Source: an uncultured cyanobacterium | GTDB lineage: Bacteria > Cyanobacteriota > Cyanobacteriia > PCC-9006 > JAAUQQ01 | Direction of reading: 5' to 3' | Length of the DNA: 64,000 bases | NCBI GenBank assembly: GCA_963718615.1 | Contig: OY970368.1 | Span: 3,840,001-3,904,000 of the forward strand | Part shown: positions 39,595-51,629 of the stretch, one piece after another | How the letters are laid out: each line of letters begins with the position of its first letter | Position numbering within the stretch: the first letter of the stretch is position 1 | Made by a program: the position numbers and the translations under genes | Notes under the pieces: generated by a model | What the model was told of the DNA's origin: nothing | Database searches by the model: none | Seen by the model: only the letters and a program-made list of their open reading frames with translations

Positions 39595-42024
39595 ATGAGC
39601 CCAACGGAAGGCTGGCTACTCCTATTCGCCTATCTTGCAGGGTTACTCGCGACCGGGCTGAATTGGCAGTTTCGCAGTCTTCCGTTGCCGGAGCTGATAT
39701 TGTTTGCCATTGGCTTGTTGGCAGCTTTTGTTTTACCGCGTGTTTGGTGGAAAAGTCCGCGATCGCGCATTCTCTTCCTCGCCGGTCTGATTGCCCTGGT
39801 GGCTGGCTTTTATCTGAACTGGCGCATGCCCCAACCGGGTCCTCAGGACGTTAGTCGGTTAATTCCACCGGAAGGGGAAGGCCAGTCGTTGCCCATTGTG
39901 ACGCTGCGGGGGACAATCGCCAGTGCGCCCAAATTGACCCGGAGCGATCGCGTCCAGTTTTGGCTCCAAACCCAGCGCCTGTTAGAAATCACTGGCAAAA
40001 CCACCACAGAACAAAGCGCCGATAACACCACCGGCAAAGTTTATGTCACCGTGCCTTTGTTGCAGGGCACGGGCCTCTATCCAGGGCAAAGTGTGGATGT
40101 CACGGGAATTTTGTATAAGCCCCAAACGGCCAGCTATCCGGGTGCCTTTGATTTTTCGGTTTATCTAGCACGACAGGGGGGCTTTTCAGGCTTGAGTGCG
40201 AATCAGGCCAGCGATACCGGGCAAGACACCCGCTCTCCTCAGACTTGGCGCTTACGCCGCAGGATTATTCAAACCCAGACGCGCGCCTTGGGGAGTCCTC
40301 GGGGACCGCTGCTCAGCGCCATGGTACTGGGACGACGCAGCGTGGATTTGCCCTACGACATTCAGGATTTATTTCGACAGGTGGGGCTCTCCCATGTGAT
40401 TGCCGTGTCGGGGTTTCACGTCTCACTGGTGTTGGGATGTGTGTTGATGCTGACTCGGCGGCGATCGGCCCAAGTCCAGTTTGGACTCGGCACGGCCCTA
40501 TTGCTGGGGATTCTTGCTCTGACCGGATTTCAGCCATCCGTTCTCCGGGCGGTGCTGATGGCTCAGGGGGCTTTGATTGCCTTGATTTTGCGGCGGCGGA
40601 CCAAACCCCTAGGGGCACTGTTGCTGACCGCCGGATTATTGCTGCTGATTAATCCGCTGTGGATTTGGGATCTGGGATTTCAGCTCAGTTTTCTGGCGAC
40701 GTTTGGGTTAGTGGTGACGGTGCCGGGATTGACACGCGGGTTGGATTGGTTACCGTTGCCGATCGCAGGGGCGATCGCCGTCCCCATTGCCGCCACCCTC
40801 TGGACCATTCCGCTACAACTGTTTCACTTTGGCCTGACCTCGCCGTACAGCATTTTGGTCAATTTACTGACCACGCCTTTTGTCACGGTTTGTACGCTGG
40901 GGGGATTTTTGAGTGCGGCATTGGCGGGGTTGTGGCAACCGGCAGGGGAGTTCATAGCGATGCTGATGGGCTATCCCATGGCTGGGCTGTTGGGCATTGC
41001 CCAAAGTTTTGCCCATTTTCCGGGAACTCAGTATGCGATCGGCAAACTGACGATTCCCCAGTTGGTGAGCTTGTATGGTGTTTTGCTGTTGTTTTTGGCG
41101 CGATCGCTCTGGCAACGCCGCCTTTGGCTCATTCTCATTGGCTTGGTTTTTATCACAACACTGCCTCTACAAGGCTATGCCCTGCCTCGGCTTCAGGTCA
41201 CGGTCCTCGCCGCTAAGCCGCCAGTCTTGGTGATTCAGGATCGCAACCAAACCGGGCTAGTCAACAGTGGTGATGCGGACCAAGTTCGTAATGTAGTGAT
41301 TCCATTTTTGCAGCACCAAGGTATTAATCGACTCACCTGGGGCGTGGCTACGAGCCTGGATAACGAGATGCGTCGCGGCTGGTTACAGCTTTTGCAAACC
41401 ATTCCGGTTGAGCAATTCTACGAACTGTCTACGACAATCGGAGGTCAGGGATTAGGCAATACGCCGAATCCAGGAAACACACCCAATCCAGGCATCACAC
41501 CCAATCCGGACACAGCCCCAATTCCCGCTCCGGCAGCCCCTGTCACAGCCCCCGAAGCCTGGATGAATTCAGCCCTCCAAGCCGTTCTCAACAGCCAAGA
41601 GGCGATCTATGGCATTTTGCAGCCCGGTCAAACCCTGGGTGTGGGACGCAGCACGATCGCGATTGATCGTCAAAGTGCCAATATCTGGCACTACCAACGG
41701 GGCCAACAACGCTGGCTCTGGATGTTTAACTTAGACCGGGGTCGGCAAGAGGCACTGATCCGTCAGGTAGGGTCTCAGGGGTTAGAAGATGTGGATGTGT
41801 TGTGGTGGTCCGGGGAAGATTTGGCCCAGGAGCTGATTGAGCAAATTAAACCGGAGGTGGCGATCGCATCTTCCAAAACCCTTACCCCTGATACGCTTCG
41901 TCTCCTTTTAACCCAAGAAATCCCAGTTTATTGGACCGGACGCGATGGCGCAGTGCAGTGGATACCGCCCAAGGATGTCCAACCCACGCGCGAGGTTCTA
42001 GAGGTGGAGACCGATCCCCTTTAA
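39595..42024 (+). CDS. comEC: competence protein ComEC
   Basis: GLSHVIAVSGFHV, PSVLRA, DLGFQLSFLAT, C-terminal TGRDGAVQW; contains a TPNPG tandem insert at ~41456-41508. Confidence 0.93.
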   Translation: MSPTEGWLLLFAYLAGLLATGLNWQFRSLPLPELILFAIGLLAAFVLPRVWWKSPRSRILFLAGLIALVAGFYLNWRMPQPGPQDVSRLIPPEGEGQSLPIVTLRGTIASAPKLTRSDRVQFWLQTQRLLEITGKTTTEQSADNTTGKVYVTVPLLQGTGLYPGQSVDVTGILYKPQTASYPGAFDFSVYLARQGGFSGLSANQASDTGQDTRSPQTWRLRRRIIQTQTRALGSPRGPLLSAMVLGRRSVDLPYDIQDLFRQVGLSHVIAVSGFHVSLVLGCVLMLTRRRSAQVQFGLGTALLLGILALTGFQPSVLRAVLMAQGALIALILRRRTKPLGALLLTAGLLLLINPLWIWDLGFQLSFLATFGLVVTVPGLTRGLDWLPLPIAGAIAVPIAATLWTIPLQLFHFGLTSPYSILVNLLTTPFVTVCTLGGFLSAALAGLWQPAGEFIAMLMGYPMAGLLGIAQSFAHFPGTQYAIGKLTIPQLVSLYGVLLLFLARSLWQRRLWLILIGLVFITTLPLQGYALPRLQVTVLAAKPPVLVIQDRNQTGLVNSGDADQVRNVVIPFLQHQGINRLTWGVATSLDNEMRRGWLQLLQTIPVEQFYELSTTIGGQGLGNTPNPGNTPNPGITPNPDTAPIPAPAAPVTAPEAWMNSALQAVLNSQEAIYGILQPGQTLGVGRSTIAIDRQSANIWHYQRGQQRWLWMFNLDRGRQEALIRQVGSQGLEDVDVLWWSGEDLAQELIEQIKPEVAIASSKTLTPDTLRLLLTQEIPVYWTGRDGAVQWIPPKDVQPTREVLEVETDPL

Positions 42025-42065
42025 TCTCAAACCTAAAGGGGCTATAGTATTAATCGTGCCAGCTT

Positions 42066-42150
42066 GGAGAGGTGGCAGAGCGGTTGAATGCGCTTGACTC
42101 GAAATCAAGTATAGGGAAACCTATCGGGGGTTCGAATCCCCCCCTCTCCG
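42066..42150 (+). tRNA. tRNA-Ser(CGA)
   Basis: GGAGAGG acceptor stem, anticodon loop CT-CGA-AA, long variable arm ATAGG-GAAA-CCTAT, GGTTCGAATCC. Confidence 0.95.
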
Positions 42151-42210
42151 TTGAAGAATAGCAAATTGACTGGATCGACCGCTGCGTAGCGATTTGAGCT
42201 CCTAGACCCG

Positions 42211-43446
42211 ATGAAATACGCCCTCGTCCACGAATGGCTGACCCCCAAGGCAACGGGCGGCTCGGAATGGGTGGTGCAGGAAATTTTGCGCCATGTGGAG
42301 GCAGATCTGTTTGCGTTGATTGATTTTGAGTCTCGTAATCCCGAGAGTTATTTGTATCAGCGGGCGATCGCCACCACCTTCCTCCAGCATTTTCCCCAAG
42401 CTGAGCGGGGCGTACAGAAATATTTGCCCTTTTTGCCCTTGGCGATCGAACAGCTCGATCTCCGGGGTTATGACGTCATTCTCTCCTCATCCCATGCGGT
42501 GGCCAAGGGCGTGTTAGCGGCTCCCCAGCAATTGCACATTTGCTATTGCCACAGCCCCATGCGCTACGCCTGGGATTTGACGTTTGACTATCTCGAACGC
42601 AGTCGGGCGGGGCAGGGATTGCCTGGTATCGCAACCCGCTACCTCCTCCATCGGCTGCGCCAGTGGGATGTAATTTCTGCTAACCGGGTGGATTTTTTTA
42701 TTGCCAATTCTCACCATACCGCCCGTCGGATTTGGCGCTGTTACCGTCGTAGAGCAGAAGTGATTTATCCTCCCGTGAATCTCGATCGCTTCCCCCTCCA
42801 TCCAGACAAAGAAGATTTCTATCTCGTCGTCGCCCGTCTCGTCAGCTACAAACGGGTGCCGCTGATTGTGCGAGCCTTTGCTCAACTGGGATTACCGCTC
42901 GTTGTCATTGGCGAAGGCACGGAATTTTCGGAGGTCGAGCAAATCGCCAAAACCGCCCCCAAGGGCAATATCCAAATCCTTGGTCCTCAGCCTAACGCCG
43001 TCGTCGAGCAGTACATGGCCAAGGCTAAAGCCTTTGTTTATGGAGCCTGCGAAGATTTTGGCATTAGCCTGGTCGAAGCCCAAGCCTGTGGAACCCCCGT
43101 GATTGCCTATGGCGGAGGCGGTGCCCTTGAAACCGTGCGAGACCTACAGGTTCATCCCGAAAACCCGACCGGCCTCTGGTTTGAGCAGCAAACCGAAGCC
43201 AGTTTGATCGCAGCCGTCGAACAATTTGAGCAAAACCAACGTCAGTTTCACCCAGAGGTGATTCGTCGCCATGCCGAGCAATTTAGCCAGGAGGTGTTTG
43301 GCGATCGCTACCTGCAATTTATTCACCACTGCTGGGAACAATTCCAAGATCAAGCCGCAGGTCAAGCCTCAGATCAAGCCGCAACCGGCACCCAATGGTC
43401 CAGGCAAACAGACTCCCCTGACAACCGAAATGATCCGGAATTCTAG
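42211..43446 (+). CDS. glycosyltransferase family 4
   Basis: ALVHEWL..GGSE, YCHSPMRYAWD, VIYPPV, EDFGISLVEAQACGTPVI. Confidence 0.93.
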   Translation: MKYALVHEWLTPKATGGSEWVVQEILRHVEADLFALIDFESRNPESYLYQRAIATTFLQHFPQAERGVQKYLPFLPLAIEQLDLRGYDVILSSSHAVAKGVLAAPQQLHICYCHSPMRYAWDLTFDYLERSRAGQGLPGIATRYLLHRLRQWDVISANRVDFFIANSHHTARRIWRCYRRRAEVIYPPVNLDRFPLHPDKEDFYLVVARLVSYKRVPLIVRAFAQLGLPLVVIGEGTEFSEVEQIAKTAPKGNIQILGPQPNAVVEQYMAKAKAFVYGACEDFGISLVEAQACGTPVIAYGGGGALETVRDLQVHPENPTGLWFEQQTEASLIAAVEQFEQNQRQFHPEVIRRHAEQFSQEVFGDRYLQFIHHCWEQFQDQAAGQASDQAATGTQWSRQTDSPDNRNDPEF

Positions 43447-43594
43447 TTTTCCCCTTCGGAAAATCCTAAAGGAAAGCTATGATCCCTACATTCGCTGTGG
43501 TGTTGTGACTTTTTTGAGGGTGGCCTAGCCCCGTGGGCTGTAGCGACAGCTTCATCCTAGGATGTCCATGTGGTGTGAACGGAAGTGAGGGCTC

Positions 43595-44332
43595 ATGACT
43601 GGGAACCGGCAAGCTATTGCTGAAGAACGATTGCGATCGCCTGAACGGAAGGCCAGCGCCGCGCCGCTGTTTTTCCCGTCTCGTCGCCGCAGCCAAGGAC
43701 TTTTGCGCCTGTTGGACGGACCGATCACCAAGCGCCTCTTTGATATTTTGTTTGCCAGTGCCGTCTTAACCCTCTGCGCTCCGATTTATACACTAATCGC
43801 CCTTTTGATCAAAGTCAGTTCCCCCGGCCCGGTGTTTTACTTTCAAGAACGGGTGGGTCGCAACGGACGCCATTTTACCTGCATCAAATTCCGCACGATG
43901 GTGGTTAATGCCGATGTGCTCCTCAGCGAGCTCATCCGCCAATCCCCCGACTTACAACAGGAATTTGCCGATAACTTCAAGCTCAAAGTCGATCCTCGGA
44001 TTACCCCCATCGGTCGGTTTCTCCGGGTTACGAGCCTCGATGAATTTCCCCAATTTTGGAATGTCTTCTGGGGCGATATGAGTGTCGTTGGTCCCCGTCC
44101 CCTAGTGAGTGAGGAACTGCCCCGCTACGGCGGTGCGATTCACACGGTGCTTCAGGTCAAACCCGGCATTACTGGGCTCTGGCAAGTCTCTGGGCGTAAT
44201 GATATTCCCTACGATCGCCGCATTCAAATTGACGCCTCCTACAGCCGCTTTCACACGTTCCAGATGGATCTCTGGATTATTCTCAAAACCATCCGCGTCG
44301 TCCTGTTTCCCAAAAATAACGGGGCTTACTAA
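43595..44332 (+). CDS. undecaprenyl-phosphate sugar (priming) transferase
   Basis: KRLFDI, KFRTM, DPRIT, SLDEFPQFWNV..GDMSVVGPRP, KPGITGLWQVSGR. Confidence 0.93.
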   Translation: MTGNRQAIAEERLRSPERKASAAPLFFPSRRRSQGLLRLLDGPITKRLFDILFASAVLTLCAPIYTLIALLIKVSSPGPVFYFQERVGRNGRHFTCIKFRTMVVNADVLLSELIRQSPDLQQEFADNFKLKVDPRITPIGRFLRVTSLDEFPQFWNVFWGDMSVVGPRPLVSEELPRYGGAIHTVLQVKPGITGLWQVSGRNDIPYDRRIQIDASYSRFHTFQMDLWIILKTIRVVLFPKNNGAY

Positions 44333-44593
44333 GACAGTTCCTGAGAGTTCCCATGGGCTGAAAGGATGGGCGATCGCCTAGGATATCCCCTAGGATACAG
44401 AGGCAATCTAAAAACACGTAGCAGAAAAATTACGCTATCTCGGTTGGCAACTGGGCTATTTGGGCAGTCTGTAGATTGAGGTTCTTGAAACATCATTCAG
44501 TATTCCTAAACGGCCTCAGCCGACGATGTTTTGAGCGGTGTCCTTAGCCGGATGTTTTAAGCACAACGTTTCCACAGACGAGAAGAGGCAAGC

Positions 44594-45676
44594 ATGACGC
44601 AAGCAAAGCGCGCCCTAATCACAGGGATTACAGGTCAGGATGGGTCCTATCTGAGCGAGCTGCTCCTAGAAAAGGGCTATGAAGTTCATGGCATCATTCG
44701 ACGGACCTCAACGTTCAACACCGATCGCATCGATCACATCTATGTCGATCCCCACATGGAAAATGCCAAGCTTTTCCTGCACTACGGGGATTTGACCGAC
44801 GGCACAACGCTCCGCCGAATTATCGAAGAAGTCCAGCCGAATGAAGTCTATAACCTAGGGGCTCAGTCCCACGTTCGCGTCAGCTTCGATGCGCCGGAAT
44901 ATACCGTGGATGCCGTCGGCATGGGTACATTACGCGTTCTCGAAGCCATTCGAGACTACCAGCAACGCATCGGTAACGAAGTCCGCTTCTACCAAGCAGG
45001 CTCTTCGGAAATGTACGGTAAGGTCCAGGAAGTCCCTCAATCCGAAAAGACCCCCTTCTATCCTCGTAGTCCCTACGCCTGCGCTAAGGTCTATGGCCAT
45101 TGGCAAACGGTCAACTACCGCGAGTCCTACGGTATGTTTGCCTGCAACGGTATTTTGTTTAACCATGAATCGCCTCGCCGGGGGGAAACATTTGTCACCC
45201 GCAAAGTGACGCGGGCGATCGCTCGCATCATCGCAGGCACCCAAAAGCAGCTTTACATGGGCAACTTGGACGCCAAGCGGGACTGGGGCTACGCCAAGGA
45301 CTACGTCAAGGCCATGTGGCTGATGCTACAACAGCAAGAGGCGGATGACTACGTCGTCGCCACGGGTGAAACCTACTCCGTCCGAGAGTTTCTGCAAATT
45401 GCCTTCAACCATGTCAACCTCAACTGGGAAGACTACGTCGCCTTCGATGAGCGTTATCTGCGACCCGCAGAAGTCGAGCTGCTGATCGGCGACCCGACGA
45501 AAGCCAAGCAAAAACTGGGCTGGGAGCCTTCGGTAACTTTTGAGGGCCTGGTGAAACTGATGGTGGATGCAGACCTGCGCGCCCTCGGACTGATTCCCCT
45601 GAACGGCAGTCAGCCTTCCCCTGTGAGCGACGTTGCTACAGTTCGCGCGGTCGCTGCAGCCAGTAGCATGGGTTAG
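44594..45676 (+). CDS. gmd: GDP-mannose 4,6-dehydratase
   Basis: [46 protein letters not shown]. Confidence 0.98.
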   Translation: MTQAKRALITGITGQDGSYLSELLLEKGYEVHGIIRRTSTFNTDRIDHIYVDPHMENAKLFLHYGDLTDGTTLRRIIEEVQPNEVYNLGAQSHVRVSFDAPEYTVDAVGMGTLRVLEAIRDYQQRIGNEVRFYQAGSSEMYGKVQEVPQSEKTPFYPRSPYACAKVYGHWQTVNYRESYGMFACNGILFNHESPRRGETFVTRKVTRAIARIIAGTQKQLYMGNLDAKRDWGYAKDYVKAMWLMLQQQEADDYVVATGETYSVREFLQIAFNHVNLNWEDYVAFDERYLRPAEVELLIGDPTKAKQKLGWEPSVTFEGLVKLMVDADLRALGLIPLNGSQPSPVSDVATVRAVAAASSMG

Positions 45677-45710
45677 GAATCGAGGAAGCGGAAATCCTTT
45701 CAATTCGTCT

Positions 45711-45796
45711 GTAGGGAAGGGTTTGGCGGATAATTCTTGAGATAATTCTTGAGATGATTCTTAGATTATTCAAGCCATCGGCCAAACCCCATCCTC
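45711..45796. repeat. REP/MITE-like palindrome with internal 12-bp tandem repeat
   Basis: GTAGGGAAGGGTTTGGC...GCCAAACCCCATCC flanking GATAATTCTTGA x~3. Confidence 0.6.
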
Positions 45797-45927
45797 AAAA
45801 TCCCGGCACGGCATTCGATGAGTATTTTCTTGAATATTTCCTTGAATATTTTCCTAATTTTTTAACCTCGATTTTTCGTTGAGCAGAGGGTGCCACCGTC
45901 CCCCCTATTTCGGATATGGAGTAACAG

Positions 45928-46893
<966 letters not shown>

Positions 46894-46940
46894 CCTCTGC
46901 CCTAGTCACGCCCAAGGCCGTCAGGCTCCACTCAAACCGG

Positions 46941-47666
46941 TCAGACCCAACCCGCTCGGTCAAAGGGCCAAAACCGGAATAGGGCGTGACCCCGCACATT
47001 GGCGGTGGGCAAAAAGCCCCACACATGGGAGTCGTTGCTATTGTTACGATTGTCCCCCATGACAAAAATGGCTGATTCCGGCACGCGATAGGGACCCCAA
47101 TCGTAGGCAGGGGGTTCGGCAATATAGGGCTCGGCGAGGGGGCGATCGTCCACAAACACCGTCCCTTCCCGAATGGCAATCACCTGGCCCGCAACGCCAA
47201 TGACCCGTTTAATAAAGACCTGTTGCCGAGCGTAACCATAGTCCTGAAGCAGTTGGGGCGGTTCGAAGATAATCACATCACCGGGGCGGGGGGGATGGAA
47301 TCGGTAAGAGATCTTTTCGACGACGAGGCGATCGCCCACCCACAACGTCGGCACCATCGAATCTGAGGGAATAAACCGAGGCTCTGCCACAAAAACTCGG
47401 ATCAGCAACGCCAAGATCAACGCCACCGAAAGCAAAATGATATTCTCCCGCTGCTTCCGCCAAAAACTTCGGGGGATTGGGTCGTTAGGCTTTGGGTCGT
47501 TAGGCTTTGGGTCGTTAGGCTTTGGGGAATCAGGGGGTGAAGTTATGGGTTGTGGGGTTGCAGATTGTGAGTTGGCTGGCTGCAAAGTTTTATCGGAGGT
47601 CATACCCAGGTTTATCGTGATACCTCCATGCAGCATAAGCCTTCTTGCCAAGGATGTGGATTGCAA
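46941..47666 (-). CDS. lepB: signal peptidase I
   Basis: IPSDSMVPTL (Ser), FIKRVIG (Lys), MGDNRNNSNDS; N-terminal PKPND x3 repeat; start likely 47603. Confidence 0.95.
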   Translation of the reverse strand: MQSTSLARRLMLHGGITINLGMTSDKTLQPANSQSATPQPITSPPDSPKPNDPKPNDPKPNDPIPRSFWRKQRENIILLSVALILALLIRVFVAEPRFIPSDSMVPTLWVGDRLVVEKISYRFHPPRPGDVIIFEPPQLLQDYGYARQQVFIKRVIGVAGQVIAIREGTVFVDDRPLAEPYIAEPPAYDWGPYRVPESAIFVMGDNRNNSNDSHVWGFLPTANVRGHALFRFWPFDRAGWV

Positions 47667-47718
47667 GCTGTTGGATGTTGTTTGATATCTTGGCCTTTGG
47701 CCTCATTTCTCCCTCACC

Positions 47719-49515
47719 ATGCCCCTCGACTTTCGCAATACCAATACCCTCTGGGCATCGGTGCTGGTGGAAACGCTCTACCGCCTCGGTCTTCAGACAG
47801 CCATTCTTTGCCCCGGCTCCCGTTCAGCCCCGCTCACCCTAGCCTTTGCTCAACATCCCCAGCTCAAAGCTATTCCCGTCTTGGATGAGCGATCGGCCAG
47901 TTTTTTTGCCCTGGGTATGGCTCGGCGACTGCACCAACCGGTGGCCTTGGTCTGCACCTCAGGAACCGCCGGGGCCAATTTTTATCCCGCCGTGATTGAG
48001 GCCCGTGAAAGCGGCGTGCCGCTGCTGATTTTCACCGCCGATCGCCCGCCAGAACTGCGCCACTGCCACGCGGGACAGGCCATCGACCAAGTTCGTCTAT
48101 TTGGACAATATCCCCAATGGCAAACGGAATTGGGCCTGCCGGAAGCCAATCTCGATGTTTTGGCCTATTTGCGGCAAACCTTGGTTTATGCCTGGGAGCG
48201 ATCGCAATTTCCTACCCCTGGCCCCGTTCATCTCAATCTCCCCTTCCGCGACCCCCTCGCCCCGCTGGCAGAAAACTGGCCTGAGGAACAATCGTCCGTC
48301 GCCGACCTCGATCCGGCGCAATTTTTTCAGCATCTCTTGCCGCCAGCTTTGCCCCCCGAACCGATTGCCCTCCCCACCCATCGTCTGCCCGAGCGGTTGC
48401 CCGACTGGCATCGCCTTGAGACCGGCATTTTGGTGGTTGGCTTGGCCCAACCCGCCCAGCCCCAACGGTATTGCGAGGCGATCGCCCAACTCGCCCAGTC
48501 CCTCGGCTGGCCCGTCCTCGCCGACGCCCTCAATCCCCTGCGCAACTTTGCGAGCTTAAACCCCTATCTGATTGACCATTACGACCTAATTTTGCGATCG
48601 CCCGATGCAGCCCAAAGCCTTCAGCCCGACGGTGTGATTCGCCTGGGCGAACTGCCCACCAGCAAAACCCTGCGGCAATGGTTGAGCCAGCTCGACGTGC
48701 CCCAATGGGTTCTTAGCACCAGCGCCGAAAATTTTGACCCCCTCCACAGCAAAACCCTGCACCTGCGGACCCCCCTTGAAACCTTACTCGACAGTTTTCC
48801 CCACTCCCCCACTCCCCCACTCCCCCACTCCCACCTCAAAACCTGGCAACATCTCGACCAGCAAATCGCTCAACGCCTAACGGCCCAATTCACCGCTACC
48901 TCAGACCTGCGAGAACCCAAAATTGCCTGGTTTCTCTCCCAAACACTACCGCCAGAAACGCTGCTCTTCGTGGCCAACAGTACCCCGGTCAGGGATCTGG
49001 AGTGGTTTTGGCAAAAGGGCGATCGCCATATCCAGCCCTACTTCAATCGCGGAGCCAACGGCATCGACGGCACCCTCTCCACCGCCCTAGGACTAGCCCA
49101 TGCCGCCAACCGCGCCAGCGTCCTGCTAACGGGTGACCTTGCCCTCTTGCACGACACCAACGGCTTTTTGCTGGCCTTGGGCGCGCAGCGCAGCGGCAAA
49201 CTTCGGGGTTCGCTCACCATTATTTTGATTAACAACAATGGCGGCGGCATTTTTGAGCTCTTGCCCATTGCGCAGTTTGACCCCCCCTTCGAAGAATTTT
49301 TTGCCACCCCCCATCCCATCCAGTTTGCTCAACTCTGTCAGACCTACGGCATCGAGTATCACGCCATTCAAACCTGGGAGGCATTCGCCCAGAATTTGCA
49401 ATCCTTACCCCAGCAAGGCATCCGACTCTTAGAATTGCGAACTGACCGCAAGGCTGATAGCGTTTGGCGATCGCAACTGCTCAATCTGGGTCGAGAAATC
49501 CCCCTGAACGGTTAA
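47719..49515 (+). CDS. menD: SEPHCHC synthase
   Basis: CPGSRSAPL, DERSASF, CTSGTA, NRGANGIDG, TGDLALLHD, NNNGGGIF. Confidence 0.97.
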   Translation: MPLDFRNTNTLWASVLVETLYRLGLQTAILCPGSRSAPLTLAFAQHPQLKAIPVLDERSASFFALGMARRLHQPVALVCTSGTAGANFYPAVIEARESGVPLLIFTADRPPELRHCHAGQAIDQVRLFGQYPQWQTELGLPEANLDVLAYLRQTLVYAWERSQFPTPGPVHLNLPFRDPLAPLAENWPEEQSSVADLDPAQFFQHLLPPALPPEPIALPTHRLPERLPDWHRLETGILVVGLAQPAQPQRYCEAIAQLAQSLGWPVLADALNPLRNFASLNPYLIDHYDLILRSPDAAQSLQPDGVIRLGELPTSKTLRQWLSQLDVPQWVLSTSAENFDPLHSKTLHLRTPLETLLDSFPHSPTPPLPHSHLKTWQHLDQQIAQRLTAQFTATSDLREPKIAWFLSQTLPPETLLFVANSTPVRDLEWFWQKGDRHIQPYFNRGANGIDGTLSTALGLAHAANRASVLLTGDLALLHDTNGFLLALGAQRSGKLRGSLTIILINNNGGGIFELLPIAQFDPPFEEFFATPHPIQFAQLCQTYGIEYHAIQTWEAFAQNLQSLPQQGIRLLELRTDRKADSVWRSQLLNLGREIPLNG

Positions 49516-49682
49516 GCCAAGCCCAACCCGGTGCATAAAGGAACTAAATCATTGGCTCCATTAAGGAAAGGCAAGGGGAGTGATAGAGTTTTAAGTAGGA
49601 AATTGACAAATTTCTTAAGCCTACTCCAACAAATGTTAAAGAGTGGGTGTCCACCCTTATCTTTACCGGTCGGAGGAAGCGG

Positions 49683-50747
49683 ATGCCGCCACGCCGCACT
49701 GCAACACGCACAAGCAGCAGAACCCGGAAGCGAAGTTCCGCTCAGGGAGAAGCTGAAGTCACCCCAGCTCGTTCATCAGATTTATCGGCAACTAATCCCT
49801 GGGATATGGAAATTGAATCTGCCTCTGAGCCGAAAACTGAGTCTGAACCTCAAACTGAGTCCGTTGCTGAAGCAGCCGTAGCACTCGTGGAAGCGGTCGC
49901 TGCTGATTTGGCTCCAGAGCCAGAGCCTGAAGCCGCGACCCAAGCGTCAACATCCGGTTCGGATAAGTCGAATAAGTCGGATACAGATGAGACAGGGGCG
50001 GCGATCGCCCAAAGTCTCATTCAGGAAATCACCCAAGAAATTAATCAAAAAACGGCAAAGACTACCAGCCGTCGGCAAAACGCTAAAACACAGCCTAAAA
50101 CACAGGCCAAATCTCAGGACAAATCGGCAAGCCCCAAAGCCGCAACCGTCCCAAAATCTAAGGCTGAACCCAAAGCTGAACCCAAAGCTGAACCCAAAAT
50201 CGAGCCCAAAGCTGCTACTTCTAGCCGCCGCCAAGCCAAGAGCAAAAGCAGCTCCTCATCAGCCCCCAACGTTTCTTCACCTTCTACTCCGGAGCTTTCT
50301 ATGCCTGCGAAAAGCAACTCAACCAGCCGTAAACCCAGCAACAGCCGAGCTACAACCCGCAAAGCCAGCTCGACCACAAGCACAACCCAGGCGGCTTCCA
50401 CACCGTCAGTCTCGAGTTTGACCGTTTATCAAGCCTCACCCTTGCCCGAACATCGACCCATCGGTCCCAGCGCCATCGAAGTGGCCGATACCTATGGTGG
50501 CAACTTCCAGCGCCCCATCGGTGCTAGCGAAATCCATGTGGTTCACACCTTCCGCGATCCAGAAGTGCGCCCGGTAACGGCAGATACCTTTGAAATTGCC
50601 AAAATGGAAAATCACTCCGGCAATCGTCCCATCATGAAGAGCCAGCTTCCCATTTCTCGGATTGAACGGGCCTTTGGCGATCGCCCCATCGCCCCCAACG
50701 ACGTGGTAGACGAAGATCCCGCCATCCTCATGGGCTATCTCGACTAA
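49683..50747 (+). CDS. low-complexity hypothetical protein with C-terminal RPI repeats
   Basis: Ser/Thr/Lys/Ala-rich body with AEPK repeats; five RPI/RPV units ending LMGYLD; start uncertain. Confidence 0.7.
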   Translation: MPPRRTATRTSSRTRKRSSAQGEAEVTPARSSDLSATNPWDMEIESASEPKTESEPQTESVAEAAVALVEAVAADLAPEPEPEAATQASTSGSDKSNKSDTDETGAAIAQSLIQEITQEINQKTAKTTSRRQNAKTQPKTQAKSQDKSASPKAATVPKSKAEPKAEPKAEPKIEPKAATSSRRQAKSKSSSSSAPNVSSPSTPELSMPAKSNSTSRKPSNSRATTRKASSTTSTTQAASTPSVSSLTVYQASPLPEHRPIGPSAIEVADTYGGNFQRPIGASEIHVVHTFRDPEVRPVTADTFEIAKMENHSGNRPIMKSQLPISRIERAFGDRPIAPNDVVDEDPAILMGYLD

Positions 50748-50756
50748 GCGACATTC

Positions 50757-51614
50757 ATGGGAAATTCAGCAGCAATCCCCGAGGTCGACTGGCATTCGGT
50801 CAAGGCCTACGAAGATATTTTGTATCACAAATGTGAGGACGGAATTGCCAAGATCACGATCAATCGACCTCACAAACGTAACGCCTTTCGACCCAAAACC
50901 GTTGTAGAACTCTACGACGCCTTTAGCAATGCACGGGAAGACCCACGCATTGGTGTGGTTTTGTTTACGGGCGCGGGTCCCCACAGCGATGGCAAATATG
51001 CCTTCTGTGCCGGGGGCGACCAAAGCGTTCGGGGGCAAGGGGGCTATCTCGATGAGGAAGGAACCCCCCGTCTCAATGTACTCGACCTTCAGCGTCTGAT
51101 TCGAACCATGCCGAAGGTCGTGATTGCGCTGGTGGCCGGCTATGCCATTGGCGGGGGCCATGTACTGCATATTCTTTGCGACTTAACCCTGGCTGCAGAC
51201 AACGCCATCTTTGGCCAAACCGGCCCCAAGGTGGGCAGTTTTGATGGTGGTTTTGGCTCCAGCTATCTGGCGCGAATTGTGGGCCAAAAGAAAGCCCGAG
51301 AAATTTGGTATCTCTGCCGCCAATATGACGCCCAAGCAGCACTAGACATGGGACTAGTGAACAAGGTCGTCCCGATAGAGGAGCTAGAGGCAGAAGGAAT
51401 TCTCTGGGCTAGGGAAATTTTAGAAAAAAGTCCGATCGCCATCCGCTGTCTCAAGGCCGCCTTTAATGCTGACTGCGATGGTCAAGCCGGAATCCAGGAA
51501 CTCGCAGGCAACGCCACCCTGCTGTACTACATGACGGAAGAAGGGGCAGAAGGCAAACAAGCCTTCCTTGAAAAGCGCAAACCCAACTTCCGCCAATATC
51601 CCTGGCTCCCCTAG
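50757..51614 (+). CDS. menB: 1,4-dihydroxy-2-naphthoyl-CoA synthase
   Basis: [42 protein letters not shown]. Confidence 0.98.
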   Translation: MGNSAAIPEVDWHSVKAYEDILYHKCEDGIAKITINRPHKRNAFRPKTVVELYDAFSNAREDPRIGVVLFTGAGPHSDGKYAFCAGGDQSVRGQGGYLDEEGTPRLNVLDLQRLIRTMPKVVIALVAGYAIGGGHVLHILCDLTLAADNAIFGQTGPKVGSFDGGFGSSYLARIVGQKKAREIWYLCRQYDAQAALDMGLVNKVVPIEELEAEGILWAREILEKSPIAIRCLKAAFNADCDGQAGIQELAGNATLLYYMTEEGAEGKQAFLEKRKPNFRQYPWLP

Positions 51615-51629
51615 CTGGCCCCCCTAGAT

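Noticed and set aside
47478-47525. GTTAGGC x3 in lepB, resembling attC cores
   Set aside because: Part of a 15-bp coding tandem repeat (PKPND) with no partner arm.
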